Position numbers and translations under genes: made by a program. Positions 1-14,111 of a stretch of 64,000 nucleotides of DNA are shown in pieces; the stretch's first letter is position 1; every line of letters starts with the position of its first letter. Source of the stretch: Podarcis filfolensis (lineage: Eukaryota); assembly GCA_964270895.1 (NCBI GenBank), contig OZ185438.1. The stretch is one strand, 5' to 3'. Under the pieces are notes generated by a model. It was not told the DNA's origin and did not search any database. It worked only from the letters and a program-made list of their open reading frames with translations.

Positions 1-174
1 TTTGGTTCAGCAAGGATTTTGAAGTATAGAACCATATCTGGAACCAAAGAGGGAGAGGCCTTCATGTAACCACTTTATGGAGTGGGTGTATACAAAGTGA
101 GTTTTTATGTTTGCCAAGTAAAACAATTCTGCTTAAGACAACCGTTTCATGTTGGTGAGCTTAACCACTTCACT

Positions 175-330
175 CATAGAGTCATAGAAGAGTCACAGAA
201 CTGTAGAACTGGAAGGCACCCTGAGAGTTATCTAGTCCAACCCCCTGCAATGCAGGAATCTCACCTAAAGCATCCATGACAGATGGCCTTCCAATCTCTG
301 CTTAAAAACATCCAATGAAGGAGACCACAT
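175..330 (-). mobile_element. CR1 LINE 3' end fragment
   Basis: Reverse complement of the squamate CR1 3' tail (catagaa...tagaactggaagg...ctagtccaaccccctgcaatgcaggaat), continuing into CR1 3' body with no tRNA head. Confidence 0.7.
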
Positions 331-616
331 CAGTGTGTTCCACTGTTCTGGAGAAGCTTCCGTGGCACTTTCGCAGAGGAGAAGATATATAGGGAAGAGA
401 TAAACACGCACTCCAACAAATTCTGTGTGTGGTGTTACATCTGTGATAGTTAATTTAAAAACAAGCCAATATGGTCCTGTACAGATCTAGCCACAGTGAG
501 AACTTCAGAAAGCTCCAGGAGCTTGACAATTCTCATACTTGAGAATCAGGTCACTATTCATAAACTATGAGTCAACTACTTTGAAAACTCAGCCTAAAAA
601 TAGTTAAAATAGTTAC

Positions 617-683
617 ATGTGATTGAAGCTCCCTTGAAATTCCTCTTGTTTAATGGAGTTGCCATTTTTTGCCTTCCTCATCT
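617..683 (-). other. Candidate exon of an unidentified host gene (67 nt)
   Basis: Strong minus-strand acceptor ctctgcttttcttttctgttttctgcag and donor CAT|gtaact. One frame is open (MRKAKNGNSIKQEEFQGSFNH); another reads DEEGKKWQLH-stop, a possible terminal exon. No protein recognised. Confidence 0.3.
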
Positions 684-1234
684 CTGCAGAAAACAGAAAA
701 GAAAAGCAGAGTTTTAAGAGAGAATAGAAAATGGGTCGATTTTGTTGCAAAAATGCATAAATGGCTGCTTTTGTGCGATCAATGTTTGTTCACTTTTGCT
801 TCTGATGTGTGTTTCTTTAAAAAAAGGAAACCATTTGGTGCAGGCTGAAAATCATGTTAAAAGTGTTGGGTTAACAAGCACACACAAAAGGAGCACAGCA
901 AGTAATAATGGCCCAGTTTCTGTTAGTAAGAATGTGTTAAATAAGGATGTGAAGAACATCCCTAAGTCTTCGCCCCCCTCCCTCCCCACATGTGGGTTTG
1001 TTGCTCATTCTTCACCCCCTCTCTGGAATACGAAAAATTCCACAGAGAATTCTCAGGTTTCTGTTGTATTTCATCTACAGTATCCTTCCCTTAAAAAGAG
1101 AGCAAAAGCATGTCCAAAGTGCTATTGAACAGGCATATTTTGTTTCCAAAGTCTCAAAAACCTAATCTCAGATTTGTTGGTGATGCCTATATTTAGCCAT
1201 GGAAAAACTAGACACTCTCCATTTTTCTCTATAA

Positions 1235-1364
1235 CAGTAATGGGGAACCTGTGGCTTTCAGATGTTGGAATTCAGTTCTTATCAGTGCCAGCCCCCTGAT
1301 CAATGGAGAGGGATGGAAGATGTAGTCCATCAACGTCTGGAAGGCTACACATTCCCCATCCCTG
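1235..1364. mobile_element. hAT-type MITE (130 bp)
   Basis: Imperfect TIRs cagtaatgggga / tccccatccctg; 8-bp TSD ctctataa (1227-1234) / ctctatag (1365-1372). Confidence 0.75.
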
Positions 1365-2439
1365 CTCTATAGCTATTAGTCTGAAGCTCTTTAAGTTTGG
1401 TCTACAGGTGTTTGCTATGGAATTGTGTGTGTATGTATGTATTCTGCGAAGAACCAACAGCCGTCCTCAATTTCTCTAACAGAAAGCCTTTAAACTTGCT
1501 GAGCATCTGAGTATTAGAAAATGAATAGCGAGTTCCTTTGCCTTTAATAGTCAAATTTTAGGCAGCTATTCAACAAGTGCAGTGATCTTTGATATTTCCT
1601 TCCTGGTTGAAAATGTCCTAACTTCACTGCTTGAAACTATTGTGAAGGAATGGAAAGCATTTTGATAAGAAACACAGATAATCACTCAAGTTCAGTTCAG
1701 GGGTGTTTGAAGGCATGTACATGTAGATATGCTGCTCCAGTGAGGTGAAAATCACATTATCTTTACACTCTCCCTCCCCACAAACTTCAGTTTCCAGTTC
1801 TCAACCACAGCCATCAATTTTGGTCTGCGGCTTCCCTTTTTAAATATTCCACCTCCCCATGCATTATTTCTAGAACACTCAATTTAACTTAAAATTAGAT
1901 CAGTAAACACAGGCCATCTGGCACTTTTCTGAGATGCAAATCTGCAAGCTTCACCGTGTCATTGGCTAAACTGCTGTGATATCACAGAGGCCTGGAGATG
2001 TTTGAAGCATGTGAAAAGGTAAGTAAATAATGGGGCAAGAGAATGAACTAAACTGAGTTCTGAATCAGGGAACCCCAGGAAGAATGGTTTATCAAAATAT
2101 TCAGTAAGAAATTAACCTTAGATGAAACCTTGAAATGATTTGCAATGGCTGAAAACAGAGCTTCAAACAGACTTTAAAAATTCATTTGTCATTCTTTGAG
2201 TGTTTCTAGATTACTTTCTGTATTTTAGTTTCAAAAGACAGCATAACCATGCTTACCAGCCAACTTTAGCTATAACAGGAAATGGCATCCATACCATCTA
2301 TTTATTTATATTTCATACCATTGATCAAGGCCCTGTGACCACCCTGTCCCCTAAGGAGTAGAGACAACTAGAGACAACACAGCATATTGGCTACAGATGT
2401 GGGGTTTGGCCATAGTCATTGAGGTAAGCAATAAAACGT

Positions 2440-3090
2440 CACTCCCGCCCGTCCGCCAGGAGTGTTTCTACAGGTGAAACCAGCAGAGGGGGGGGCCCTA
2501 TGACCTATGTCAAAGCAGGGCGTCCCCCAAGCAATCCCTGACAGAGGAGTGGTATGACTCTAGCCCCTGTCTGGGCATCAGACAGGAGCCACTCTTCCCA
2601 GTTCCTTTTACCAGGATACCTTTACCCATGGAGGGGTTGGCGGAGGCTACAACCTCCCCTCCAACCAATGCCTATCCACCTTACAAAGTTGCGATGATTG
2701 CTATGAGGTAGGCGAAAACTCAAATGGCTGTGCCGATTAGCCAAGTGGGGAAAATTCCAGCCCCTGAAAATTAGGTGACTGACATTGTCCATAGCAAGGT
2801 CGGACCATACCCAAACAACCCTAATCTGAGGGAGGGAGGGTGGGAGAACCAGTGTGGCGAGAAAGAGGCCGAAAGGCCCCGCCAGCTGGGCATTTAAACT
2901 CCCCCTGTGTGCAACACCAAGGGCTGTGATTGGTTGGTTGGTCCCATGCCCAGGGGAACACCCATTAACTTCTGCCACCAATGGTCCTGGTAAAGTACCT
3001 TCTGGTCTCTGATAGGCTGGTTTTCCAGGGAGGCCTGGGGCCCACTCACAAAGCCGCCTGCCCAAAAAGGGGGCCAACAGACTTCCTGTG
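2440..3090 (-). mobile_element. Degenerate non-coding relic of the Ngaro-type YR element family (ends uncertain)
   Basis: 2600-2900 aligns by eye with 45620-45800 and 53960-54200 (ccaatgccta..ccttacaa.gttg, ggc.aaa..caaatggc, ccaat/ccgatt.agcc, aaaattcc, catagcaaggtc). Hairpins fall at the same positions. Confidence 0.65.
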
Positions 3091-4247
3091 CCACAAAATC
3101 TTCTCTTTCCTCCTCCTCTAAGGATTGTTCTGCCACCTCTATTTCACAGATTAAAAAAACAGTGTTCAGGTGGAGATGGTAATTTGCTGGAATGGGTTCT
3201 GCAAAACTGCATACATTCACTTAATGTGTTTGAACATATTATTTGCCTTGCAATTAATCTAGAAAAGCTGGCAACAGAGAAAAAGAAAAGGGAAACACAT
3301 GAAATTGGGATTTCAGGGGGCTAAGGGGGAATGAGGGGGAAAAGGTATCATTTTTCACTTTTATGAGGAAATACATAAACACGTAAACAGAAACATACTT
3401 TTTAAAAAAATATTAAAAAGCTCAAAGTCTTCTTTATTTTTTGAGTTCTGTTCCAACTTCTATCTTTCTGAGCTCATACAGTTCCTTTGAAAGTACATCA
3501 AGTGCCTTCCACTCTCTTTGTATCTCTGACAATTATATGCATCATATTTTATTATTTATCCTTTTAGTTTCATAAAAAGTTGACCTAAACACCTGTCCTC
3601 ATCTCCACCCCTTTTTAGCACCCCGGTGTGCAAGCAATATGCTTTTCAAGGGCTTTTTCCCTTCTTCACGCTGATGTATTTCTTTGTGTTTTCCTTTGGG
3701 ATTTGTTTCCCAACAGTCTCTTTAGACATTATGTTATAATGCTTGACTTGCTTTCCCATCAAGTATTGTTCTGTGCCTCCATGGTGTTCTCTCTTTGTTG
3801 CTGTCTCTCCAATGCAGTGCTGACCCTGCCTGCTCAGTGTGCGGGACTCATGCCTGCGAGCGCTGAGACTCAATAAGACTTATCACTGTGCCTTTGCTTG
3901 TCATATCAGCAGGCTCATCTCATCGACAGAAATATATTCTGACTGACTAAGCCTGAGGTAGACAATGCTTAATTCTCCACTACAAAATTCTCCAGGAATG
4001 GAAGAGAAATTCTGCCAGAGGGCACCAGTCCTGTCCCTGTCCTATTATCCCAACACACCATTTACTCAGTTACTGGCATTACGTTCTGCTTTATCAGTCT
4101 GATAAGGGTGTTTTTGCTTGTGTTTACCAGTTTACAGTACATTTCAGCAGGCAGTCAAGATGAGAGCCAAAGTTTTTGTTCCTACCCAATCCTGATTATG
4201 ATCTGGGCCTCTGAACCTGGACTCACATTCAATGCCATATTGTAGCC

Positions 4248-4685
4248 CAGGGGTTGGCAAACTAAGGCCCAGGGGCTGGATACAGACCACCGGGCTCATA
4301 AATCCGGCCTGCAGACCTTGCAGACCCTGCCGCCCGCTCGGTCAGTCCCCACACTAAACCAGCGGAGGCCTTGCTGCGCTGGGACTGACTTCCGTGACGC
4401 TGGCACGGCTTCGGATTGGCTGCAGGAGCTTCCTGCAGTCCAAAGCCGTGGATGCCTCTGGGCGACACCCATTCCTTCCTTCTGAGGCAGCCGCACATGA
4501 CCAAGATCCATGAGGACCCCTGGCCAAGGCAGAGGACGATGACAACGCTGCCGAAGTCGAGACGGCATCAGTGGCTGCAGTGTGAGCGGTGGCGGCGGGG
4601 TCCTTTTGGGAGAGGGTGGGTCCGGCCCCTAAAGGTCTGAGGGACAGTGGACCAGCCCCCTCCTGAAAAAGTTTGCTGACCCTTG
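4248..4685. mobile_element. hAT-type non-autonomous element (438 bp)
   Basis: TIRs CAGGGGTTGGCAAACT / AGTTTGCTGACCCTTG; 8-bp TSD ttgtagcc (4240-4247) / ctgtagcc (4686-4693); GC-rich interior. Confidence 0.85.
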
Positions 4686-5537
4686 CTGTAGCCCTGTAGC
4701 ATATGATGCAGCATATCAGTTTGTTTGCTCAATTGCCACCTAACATTTTCTTACACCCAGGGAAGCACAAAACATGCCTCATAATTTCTAGGATATTTTG
4801 GCCTTCCTACATCATGGGCGGAGGTATCTGAAGAGCAAGTAAACATTTTTTTCTTATGCTTATACAAATGGTTGTTTCTAATTAAAGTTGTCACTGAAAT
4901 TTCACCTAAAGCGAAATGGGAAGCAAATTTGGGAGCTTTTTCATTGGGGGAAAATCTGAGAATTTCAAGGAAAAGCAACGATGTGTTGGTAAGACTAGCA
5001 AAATAGCCTAGTGACAGCCAGTGAATAAAGCATAAAAAAGAGTTCAGTGGGACTAACTCCCAGGAAAGAGTGTATCCGATTGGAGCTTCAATGATGAATT
5101 GCAGTCAAGGGTTCTGCTTTGTGGAGGCTCAGAATCTGTTTCAAAAGCTAGTATCCCAACTCTTCCACACTCATAAATATATATATACCCTTCCCTGTTT
5201 CCCTTCTCTTCTGCACTAGCTGGGACCACTGCAGAACCTGCTCAAAGGCACAAGAATATTATGTGGCTGGACTGGAGTGGCAATGCAGTGCCAAAGTACA
5301 GGGTCATATAATAATTGGATGGAATGATCCTGAAATTATTACTGGTCCACTGTGGCTCCCACCAATCTTAACCTGGTCTGCCTAGAGCCATTCAGGGGGT
5401 GGAGACTCTTTGAGCTACTACCAAGCCAAAGCTGTTTCAGCTGCAGCCTGGGGTGGATGGGGTGGATATGTATAATTAACTAAATGGGGAAAGAGAGAGA
5501 GAAAAAAATGGCAAAGCAAGAGTGTGCTGGTTACTGG

Positions 5538-5765
5538 CAAAGGCAAAGGTATCCCTGACCTTTGGTCCAGTTGCAGACGACTCTGGGGTTGCGGCACTCA
5601 TCTCGCTTTATTGGCCGAGGGAGCCGGCGTACAGCTTCCGGGTCATGTGGCCAGCATGACTAAGCCGCTTCTGGCGAACCAGAGCAGTGCACAGAAATGC
5701 CATTTACCTTCCCGCCAGAGCGGTACCTATTTATCTACTTTCACTTTGATGTGCTTTCGAATTAT
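5538..5765 (-). mobile_element. Sauria (POM-type) SINE, 5'-truncated
   Basis: Reverse complement of the 3' two-thirds of the SINE at 13758-14111, including the aaaggt-type tail. Confidence 0.9.
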
Positions 5766-6919
5766 AGTTTGTTCAAAATTGACAAGAAGTTTCCCCCGAT
5801 TCAACATAGACAAGCACAGCCACATTGTCACAGAACTGGCACTTTTAAAATAAAGGGAGCCAATAGAAAACAGTGCACCTAATAACAACCTTTAGCACTT
5901 CACATCCTAGTTTACTTTTAGCTGGAGAATCACCTAATCACACACTGTACACATATGAAATATGTTTGCAGTCCCTGTAGCAGACAATTTAAGAGAAATA
6001 TAACGTTATTTCTGCATCAGGAACATCAATGAATATTTATCACATCTGGCCTACTCTAGTTTCTGATCCAAGACTGTGGCAGCTACTGTATTATTATTGA
6101 TTTAAAAGAGTTTTTATATTGTTGACCATTTACATGTATATTCATTTTTTAAAAAAACAACAACACATTTTCTATTTCTAATATTATGTCATTTTAGGAC
6201 TCCTCACTAGGACCAAATTGTGAGATAACAATGTGTATATGGGCTTCCTCCACAAAGCCAGCATTGTCTCGCTTCCTTTCAGTAAGAGCCAAGCACATTG
6301 TATAACTTCTAAATACTGAGCACAATCCTCACAAAGTTATACACTTCTCTCCATTTGTTTCCATCAAAGATTTAAATACCTTCCATTGAAATCAATGTGA
6401 TGCAGAAGCACAAAACTTTACTGGATGGGATCCACAACATTTTATCAAGCGTTGCCACATGCCCTGAGTTGTGCCCTATACATTATAAACACCATTAAGC
6501 AGAAAGCAGAAAACCTTTTGTGCTGACCTTCAGATGCTGAATTGCTATTGAAAGAAAACTCTTGCACCTCTTCCGCAATGGAACAATTTTGATGCCTTCA
6601 CCTTTGCTGACGACTCATCAGCATCTTTTGTACAGACAGCTTTAGAATTATGGCTAGATGACTATTGAAAAGGATAAAGTGATGCTCCAGTTTCCTACTC
6701 TGGAGATAAAATAATTATAGGCCCACAAGCCCACTCCATAGTCTAAAGCTCACATTGACATCAATAAGTTTATTCAAAACTATGATAGAATGTCTGATAT
6801 AATCATTTATGGCTAAATCCAGACTTTGTAAATTATCCTCCTGAAAGATAAATTCCAGTTAGTGCAAATCTAAAAAGAGTGCAATTTCTTTGGGTAATTT
6901 AGGTCATCATTTTTTAAGG

Positions 6920-7030
6920 CAGGGATGGGGACCTGTGGGCCTCCAGATATGGTTGTAGTACAACTCCCATCATCCCTGACCATTGGCTATGCTGTCTAGG
7001 ACTGATGGGAGATAGAATCCAACAACATCT
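6920..7030. mobile_element. hAT-type MITE fragment abutting an L2 fragment
   Basis: caggg..gggga.ctgtgg left end and the acaactcccatcatccct core shared with 62826-62961; right end missing. Confidence 0.6.
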
Positions 7031-7615
7031 ATGTGGCCTAGGACCCTCGTACCTGCGGGACCGCCTCTCCTGGTATGCCCCACGGAGGACCTTACGGTCC
7101 ATAAATAACAACACTTTGGAGGTCCCAGGCCTCAAGGAGGTTAGATTGGCTTCAACCAGGGCCAAGGCCTTTTCAGCTCTGGCCCCGACCTGGTGGAATG
7201 ATCTGTCATGGGAGATCAGGGCCCTGCAGGATTTGACATCTGTCTGCAGGGCCTGCAAGACGGAGCTGTTTCGCCAGGCCTTTGGTCTGGACTCACTGAC
7301 TCCCTCCTTTCTTTCTTTTTTTGATGGAACCCCTTATATGGGATCCTGCATATAAATTTTCCCTCGGCCATTTTGCTGGCCCATGTAGGACCAGCATGGA
7401 TAGCATGGTGAATATTTGATGTTTCCTCCCCTTATGATCTTGATTTATGGGCCGCCAGTAAATCGAGGGTGAATTTTAAGCTGTATTTTAAGCTATATTT
7501 TAATCAATTGGGGGTTTTTTTAAACTATTTTATATTTGGTGTTAACCGCCCTGAGCCCAGTCTTGGCCGGGGAGGGCGGGGTATAAATAAAATCATCATC
7601 ATCATCATCATCATA
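7031..7615 (+). mobile_element. L2 LINE 3' fragment (ORF2 C-terminus and 3' UTR)
   Basis: Translation SYLRDRLSWYAPRRTLRS...RAKAFSALAPTWWNDL...CKTELFRQAF is typical L2 ORF2 C-terminus; ends in aataaaat(cat)n. Confidence 0.85.
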
Positions 7616-10600
7616 CTGAGTTGGGGTGTTGATGTTGTAAACCTCTTCATCATAGGCTCAGATTGTATATTGTGTAAATAAACCATATATCATAAAGACT
7701 TCACAGTCTCCACTGAGCCTCATTTCCAAAAGAAAAAGTGAAGCCTGGGTAAGTACCCGGAAGTCCTGGAATTTTGCATACAATATTTTTGTTTCTATCT
7801 CAGTGCTCAATGCAGGCCGTACATTCACTCAAACCAGAGACTCTTTCAAATTGGCCACAGCTGGTTTCAATTCAGTTCAAGAGGGTAAGAGCCCAGTGCT
7901 GCTGAGCAAAAGGTGGGAAGATGGATTAAAGGGTCTCTGTAATGCCCTGACACTCTGTACTGCTTGACAACAGACAGATCAACATCTCCCAGTGGGGTCG
8001 ATAATCATGGGCCAGCTTCCATAAAAGACAGCATGCTTGCCAACACCACCATTTGCCCCTTGCAATATGGAGTGTGGGTGTGTTCTAAGACATACTGTTA
8101 AGAGCATGATCTGAGCAGAATGGAACCTGCACCCTGGAATTTACTGCAGTGTTCTCTGGTATGCACAATATCCCCACAGCAGACACTAGTTTTCCCCCTG
8201 AAAGTGAAAGCATGAAAACCAGTTTCATGCAATTCCAATTAATTAATTAATTAAACTATTTTTGACTACTATTACATTTCATGCATGATAACAAATCTTT
8301 AATCCCAGCCCAGGGGAATTAGAACTATTTCATAATCTAGGAACTGGGTATAAGATCCTGGCTAAGTAAACATGTAATGATCATGGATCTCAACGTGAGA
8401 GCTAGGGGTGTGCTTCAATCTTTCCTGTTGAAACAGGTGGGACTTCAATTTGATTATTTGTATGGATTGTTCCCAAAGTTTGGTTGGCATGCTATTAGTT
8501 TGGGGGTTTAATAAATGATACTGTTGAGGTTTTCTTTTTAATTGTTATAAAGCTTTTGGACTTTTTCCATATTGATCCACTTCTGGACTTCACTAAATCT
8601 GTACCATACACAAAAGTATAACACCAAATTGTTATTTACTGGATAAAGGTTATAAGAATCAGAAATGTACTAGATTCATCTGAATGAAAATATTTATTAC
8701 CTTTGTGATTCTTCCTTTTAAGCTATTTGTCTTTTCCATATCTTGAATACACAATTTCCTATAAAAATATTTAGAGTATTTGATTGGCGTAACTCAATGA
8801 AAAAAGTGTACATATAACATTTTTGCTTCTTTCATTAAAATGGATTGTGAGTGGAGGCTGGCAATAGTCCCTGAAAAATGTGATTTACATCCCTCTGCAT
8901 GTTATACACACTGGAATTTTTATGGGTTTTTTCATATTTACAGCTGTTTTCTCTTATAAATGTTCCTTGTCATTGATTTTTGTACTGTATTACGGTCATT
9001 CCTATTTCTCAAATATTATACTGTTTCATCCCCACTTTCTTTTCTTTTGCTTCATCAGTCAGAGTTTTCCTGCTATGTTATGGATTGTCTATGCAAACAT
9101 TTCATTTCCCAGAACGATGAAGAGCTAAATATTATCATTAAAAGGAGGTCCTTACATTTATGAGACATGCTGTGTTGTATATCATTTTCCCACGAGATGT
9201 GTTAGATATTGAATGAACAAAGTTGTTCTGAAGCGCTCAATTCTCCTTGAACTATCCCCCGCCCCGCCCAACAGGCAAATTGTCATCCTTTTCAATGGTC
9301 ACCCTTTCTGCTTAAATATGTACTTTACGTCTATTGATTGGAGATGAGCATGGAAGAAAATGATCCCTTCTCGGTAGCCATAAACAAGGAGATACTGAAT
9401 TAGTATTCAATACATGAGGTGAATTAGAATTAGAAACTATTCACACTTTAATATTTGAACACCAGTTCAGTAAGTGCTGGCGTTTAAATGGCAAAATAGA
9501 TGGGCAGCCCTCTCAGTCAAGAATGCTACACAGTTGACTATGCTTTCCAAAAGGAAAAAGAAAGAGAGAGAGCAGTGCTGTGCATGTGCTTTGCCATTTA
9601 AACCGAAGGACTTTTGAAAATGAAGGTTTCAAACATAAAATGCAAAGTTGCTCCCCAGCAAACTTCCAAAATTTGAACTTCTTGGAGGCAGACTTATATT
9701 TCATTGACAGACAAAACTCAGCAGTAGGGATGGTGTTTGCTGCTCTGTACCTGTATGTGTTTGTGGTTTTTTGTGGTAACCTTACTCAAACTGTGGTTTG
9801 GATTCTATAAAAGCCATGCCAGTTTGGTCCAATCTCACAATCTGCAATAATACTGTAATTGTTTTCAGTTCTCCTGATAGTGTTGCAAACGATTCTACGA
9901 ACCTATTACTTAAAGCTTCTCTTTCCCAGAAAAACTCTGCATTGTTTCATCTTGTGGATGAGAAATAAATGGAAAGCATTATATGTGTGATGAATTGAGG
10001 ATTTCATTTCAATTATTCAACTCATTGGTCACTTGTCACATGAAAGTCTCCAAGCAACTTACAGCAAAAAAAGATATACAATCCATATTACCACGGGGGG
10101 GGGGGGGGAGAGATGTGGGGAAAACCATATAATACATTAATATTTCATATAACATAACATCTAAAAAAGCCATACTCAAATAATTAACAAAGCAATAATC
10201 AAACCCATTAATTAATAATTTCCCGCCTTTGAACCTCCGCACCCAGAAGTCTGGGGTCAAGACCAGCTGTTACAAATCCATTGTGTGTGAGTCCAGTGTC
10301 TTCCAGTGATGGTCTGGCGTCTCTCCTCTCCTTTGGGGGGAGCAGCAGCAAAGCTCCTCTCTTGCTGCTGGAGGGAGGTGACAGAGGAAAGGACTATATG
10401 AAGCCTGTGTACTTCCAATTGATCTCCGTTTTCTTTATACAGCTCCTAATACCATTAAGCATTACTACCTCCTCGCCCTCCCATCATGTCATGCAATGGA
10501 AATATATAGATAGGAAGACAGGACAAGGAATGCAATATTGGATGTCACCATCATCACCTCAATAAAACAGAGTTGAAGATTATAGACTTTTCAGGAGCAC

Positions 10601-10955
10601 AACAGATCTGACAAAGAGCAGAGTAGTGCAATTATAATGGACTGCTTCAAAAGTAGCCATTGGGTTTTGTTATTTTTCCCTCACTGCAGAAATCTGTACT
10701 GCTAAATGTTGCTAAGACTCACACACAGCTCACAAATGAGTGAAGAGAGCAGAGCTCGCTTTGAGACTGAGTCGTTGCATTGTCCTCCACCACCCTCAGT
10801 CAGTAGTAAAATGCAAAGAACAGCAGAGCATGTCAACAATCCCTGCTTGAGGTATTCCATTTCTGTGAATTCAGAGGTGAACTACCAGATTAAGATGTAA
10901 TTATCCTTTGGATTTCATGCACCCAAATTTTGCAATACAGTGCTCTGAGCTCTCT

Positions 10956-11200
10956 GAGCCAGTGTGGTGTAGTGGTTAAGAGTAGTGGACTCGTAATCTG
11001 GTGAACCAGTTTCACTTCCCTGCTCCTCCACATGCAGCTGCTGGGTGACCTTGGGCTAGTCACACATCTTTGAAGTCTCTCAGCCTCACTCACCTCAGAG
11101 TGTTTGTTGTGGGGGAGGAAGGGAAAGGAGAATGTCAGCCACTTTGAGACTCGTTAGGGTGGTGATAAAGCGGGATGTCAAATCCAAATTCTTCTCTCTC
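10956..11200 (+). mobile_element. tRNA-derived squamate SINE (Squam2/Squam3-like; exact family uncertain)
   Basis: A-box gtggtgtagtggtt, degenerate B-box, gggtgaccttgggctagtcac core, (ct)n tail; possible TSD ctctctga. Confidence 0.8.
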
Positions 11201-13757
11201 TCTGAAATTTAGTTTTTAAAATATGGCTTGAAATGTGCACACTGAGATGAAATGTGCATCTGAACACTCAAATGCACACTGAAATATTTAATATCTGTTT
11301 CAATGCACAGTTCTTCTTTTTTAAGCAATATGCAAATTAAGCTAGAAATGGGATGGAATGCACTTGTGAAAGAACACTTTGCAAAATGTTGCACTGAGGG
11401 GACAACGTAAGGAAAATATTGTGCAGAAGAGAAGCAGCACATGCAATACATATAGTAGCAATATGTTGCGAGTGGAAATTGTCTTATGTGCATATTGATC
11501 CACATTGCAATGCTCATTCAGTAACCATTTGACTCCGTTGTCACATCTGAAGAGGGTAGCAATGGGAGGAGCCATATGTGAAAGGTCAGATAGCATGTGG
11601 TGGGAAATACTGTTATGATAATTGACTTACTGTATTCATTGTACTTTTATTTGGAGGCTGTCAGGCCAAAAAGGGCTATATAAATAAACCATGGCCTAAA
11701 ATTCAAAGGGACAGGAATTGAAAAAATGAAGAAACTGAAGCAAAGAACATCTGTATACCTCTTACTTAGCTGTAGGTAAGATCTTCAGATGCTACCGTTT
11801 CCCATAGCAACACTGAAAATACTGAAGTTAGTCCAAAAGTTCTCAATTGTCACTAGTATTTCTGAATGGGTTTATAGAAAACTGACCAGTGGTCCCTTGG
11901 AAATTCGGAGCTAATTTGAGACTAAAACCCAATTGCAGCACACAGTGTATAGTACATATTGCACTTCACTCATCATAGCATCAGATTGCTCTGCCTCTGA
12001 CATCAGTGCATTGGAAATTCACACAGATCCCAGAGGCTTTGTAAATTCGAGTTCCTAGTGCTGTTAGATGTGCTTTTAAAAAAGAGCAGTCCTCTCTCTT
12101 TCCATCTCTATCAGGTTTCCCTCTGCCTTGACAAAATCATCATCAGGCACTTCACTAGTGCTGGGACAGCATTTTGTCCACGTGGCTTATATTGCCTGAA
12201 GTAGAAATAGGGTGCTGCCTACTGACTCCTTTCAAAGTCTCTGTGAACCAAGTCAAAGTGGAATTGAATTGCTTGTGGTCGGACACCTAAGATGTGCCAT
12301 GCTCCCAAATGAGAGGCACAATAGAAATATCTTGACAAGAGAGATTATCAATTTCCCCATAATAATAGTAAGCTCTGCATAAGAATGCATTAGATCCCCC
12401 CTCTCTCTGAATTGCCAGATTTTGTTGTTGTTTTTAAGGTAAATCTCCAGCTCTTTTCCTTATGGAAATATGCAATCAGTTGCACAGCTGCGCCTCATGT
12501 ATGAAGGGAAAACTGCAAGATGGCATTGCAGTTGGCTCCTGCCTCAAATCAGGTAGCCTCTTAATCACTGAACTCATTGAATTGTGCCCTGTTCTTTAGG
12601 TTTCTCTTGTAGATTATATAATTATATGGTGTGACTGCATTTGACCTTTTGCAGAAGATACAGGAAATAATTCATAGAGAGCTCATTGTTAGCAAATGGG
12701 ATGAGAAATGTTCCTGTTCCTACACTATGGTATTTCCTGACAAGGAGCCAAAGTATCTATTGCTTCCTTTCTCACCAGGTGCATTTTGCACGCTTAAGAC
12801 CAAATGAAATCCTTTGCCTTGATGCATTTATGTTTAACCACAAGGAAAGATCAATCTTTTAGGAATTATTAACAGACCTACTGTTTTCACAAGGCCCACT
12901 GTTATTTCTGGATTTAAAGTGAATGTGTCACATTTCGATCCATCATGTCAAGTTTCATCAATCAAACTGAGATTTAATTTTGCATCATCAACATTCCTTG
13001 ATTTGCAGAAACTGCCTGAAACTGCTAAAGAGGACATGCAGAGAAGGGTAATGTTTATGGTATAGAGACACCTGGTGCACGATGCTCAGAAATTCAGAGC
13101 AATAAGCTTTGCTTCACTTGGCTTGCTTCTGCCTTGCCAGAGTTAGTTAAATATTGATAATCTCCAGTGGGAGCTTCAGAATGTTCATTTTGCAGGTACA
13201 GAGCAGGCAGTTGATTCAGTGAAGCATCTTTTTTTTAATACACTTAACTTGTATGCTCTGGTTTTGTTGGGTTTTGCTTTTATTTTACACTAAGCTACCC
13301 CTGTAAAATCCCATCTCACCAAACCACATGGGGAGAGTATAAACAGTGTTAGCAGTGCACAAGTGAATTCCTGTGGCCATGTTAGGCTTGTACAATCTAA
13401 TTCTATATAGGAAAATGTTCAGTCATCTGAAATTAAATCCCTCAAAATACTTTGTGTAGACCAATGAGTAGGGTATTGCATTGCAGATCTGTCCCCCCAC
13501 CCTCCGCATTACATGCACAGTCAGAACTTGTCCATAGGGGAGATGTCAGGCACTTGTCTTTCCACATGGGGGGGGGGACAGCATCCAGGATACAAAATTG
13601 TATTAGTGCAGGGGAAGGCCCAGGTTCTTGTTTCACAGATAGCTTAGACACACTTTGCCCACCCCCATATAATTTACCAGAGGCAGCTTTAGGTCTGAGG
13701 GCCTTTAGCAAAGTGCCTTCTGGCAGGTCCCCTGCTACCTCAGGGTGCCAGGCAATA

Positions 13758-14111
13758 GGGACGCGGGTGGTGCTGTGGTCTAAACCACAGAGCCTTGGGC
13801 TTGCCGATCAGAAGGTCGGCAGTTTGAATCCCCGTGACGGGGTGGGCTCCCGTTACTCAGTCCCTGCTCCTGCCCACCTAGCAGTTCAAAAGTACGTCAA
13901 AGTGCAAGTAGATAAATAGGTACCGCTCTGGTGGGAAGGTAAACGGCACTTCCATGTGCTGCTCTGGTTCGCCAGAAGCGGCTTGGTCATGCTGGCTACA
14001 TGACCTGGAAGCCGTGTGTGGACAAATGCCAGCTCCCTTGGCCTATAGAGTGAGATGAGCGCACAACTTCAGAGTCGTCCGCGACTGGACCTAACAGTCA
14101 GGGGTACCTTT
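13758..14111 (+). mobile_element. Sauria (POM-type) SINE, full length
   Basis: gggacgcgggtggtgctgtggtctaaacc head, B-box gtttgaatccc, body gtagataaataggtacc, 3' ggggtaccttt end. Confidence 0.93.

Noticed and set aside
8330-8640. Old LTR-like sequence possibly related to 42060-42400
   Set aside because: Similarity too weak to define ends or family by eye.
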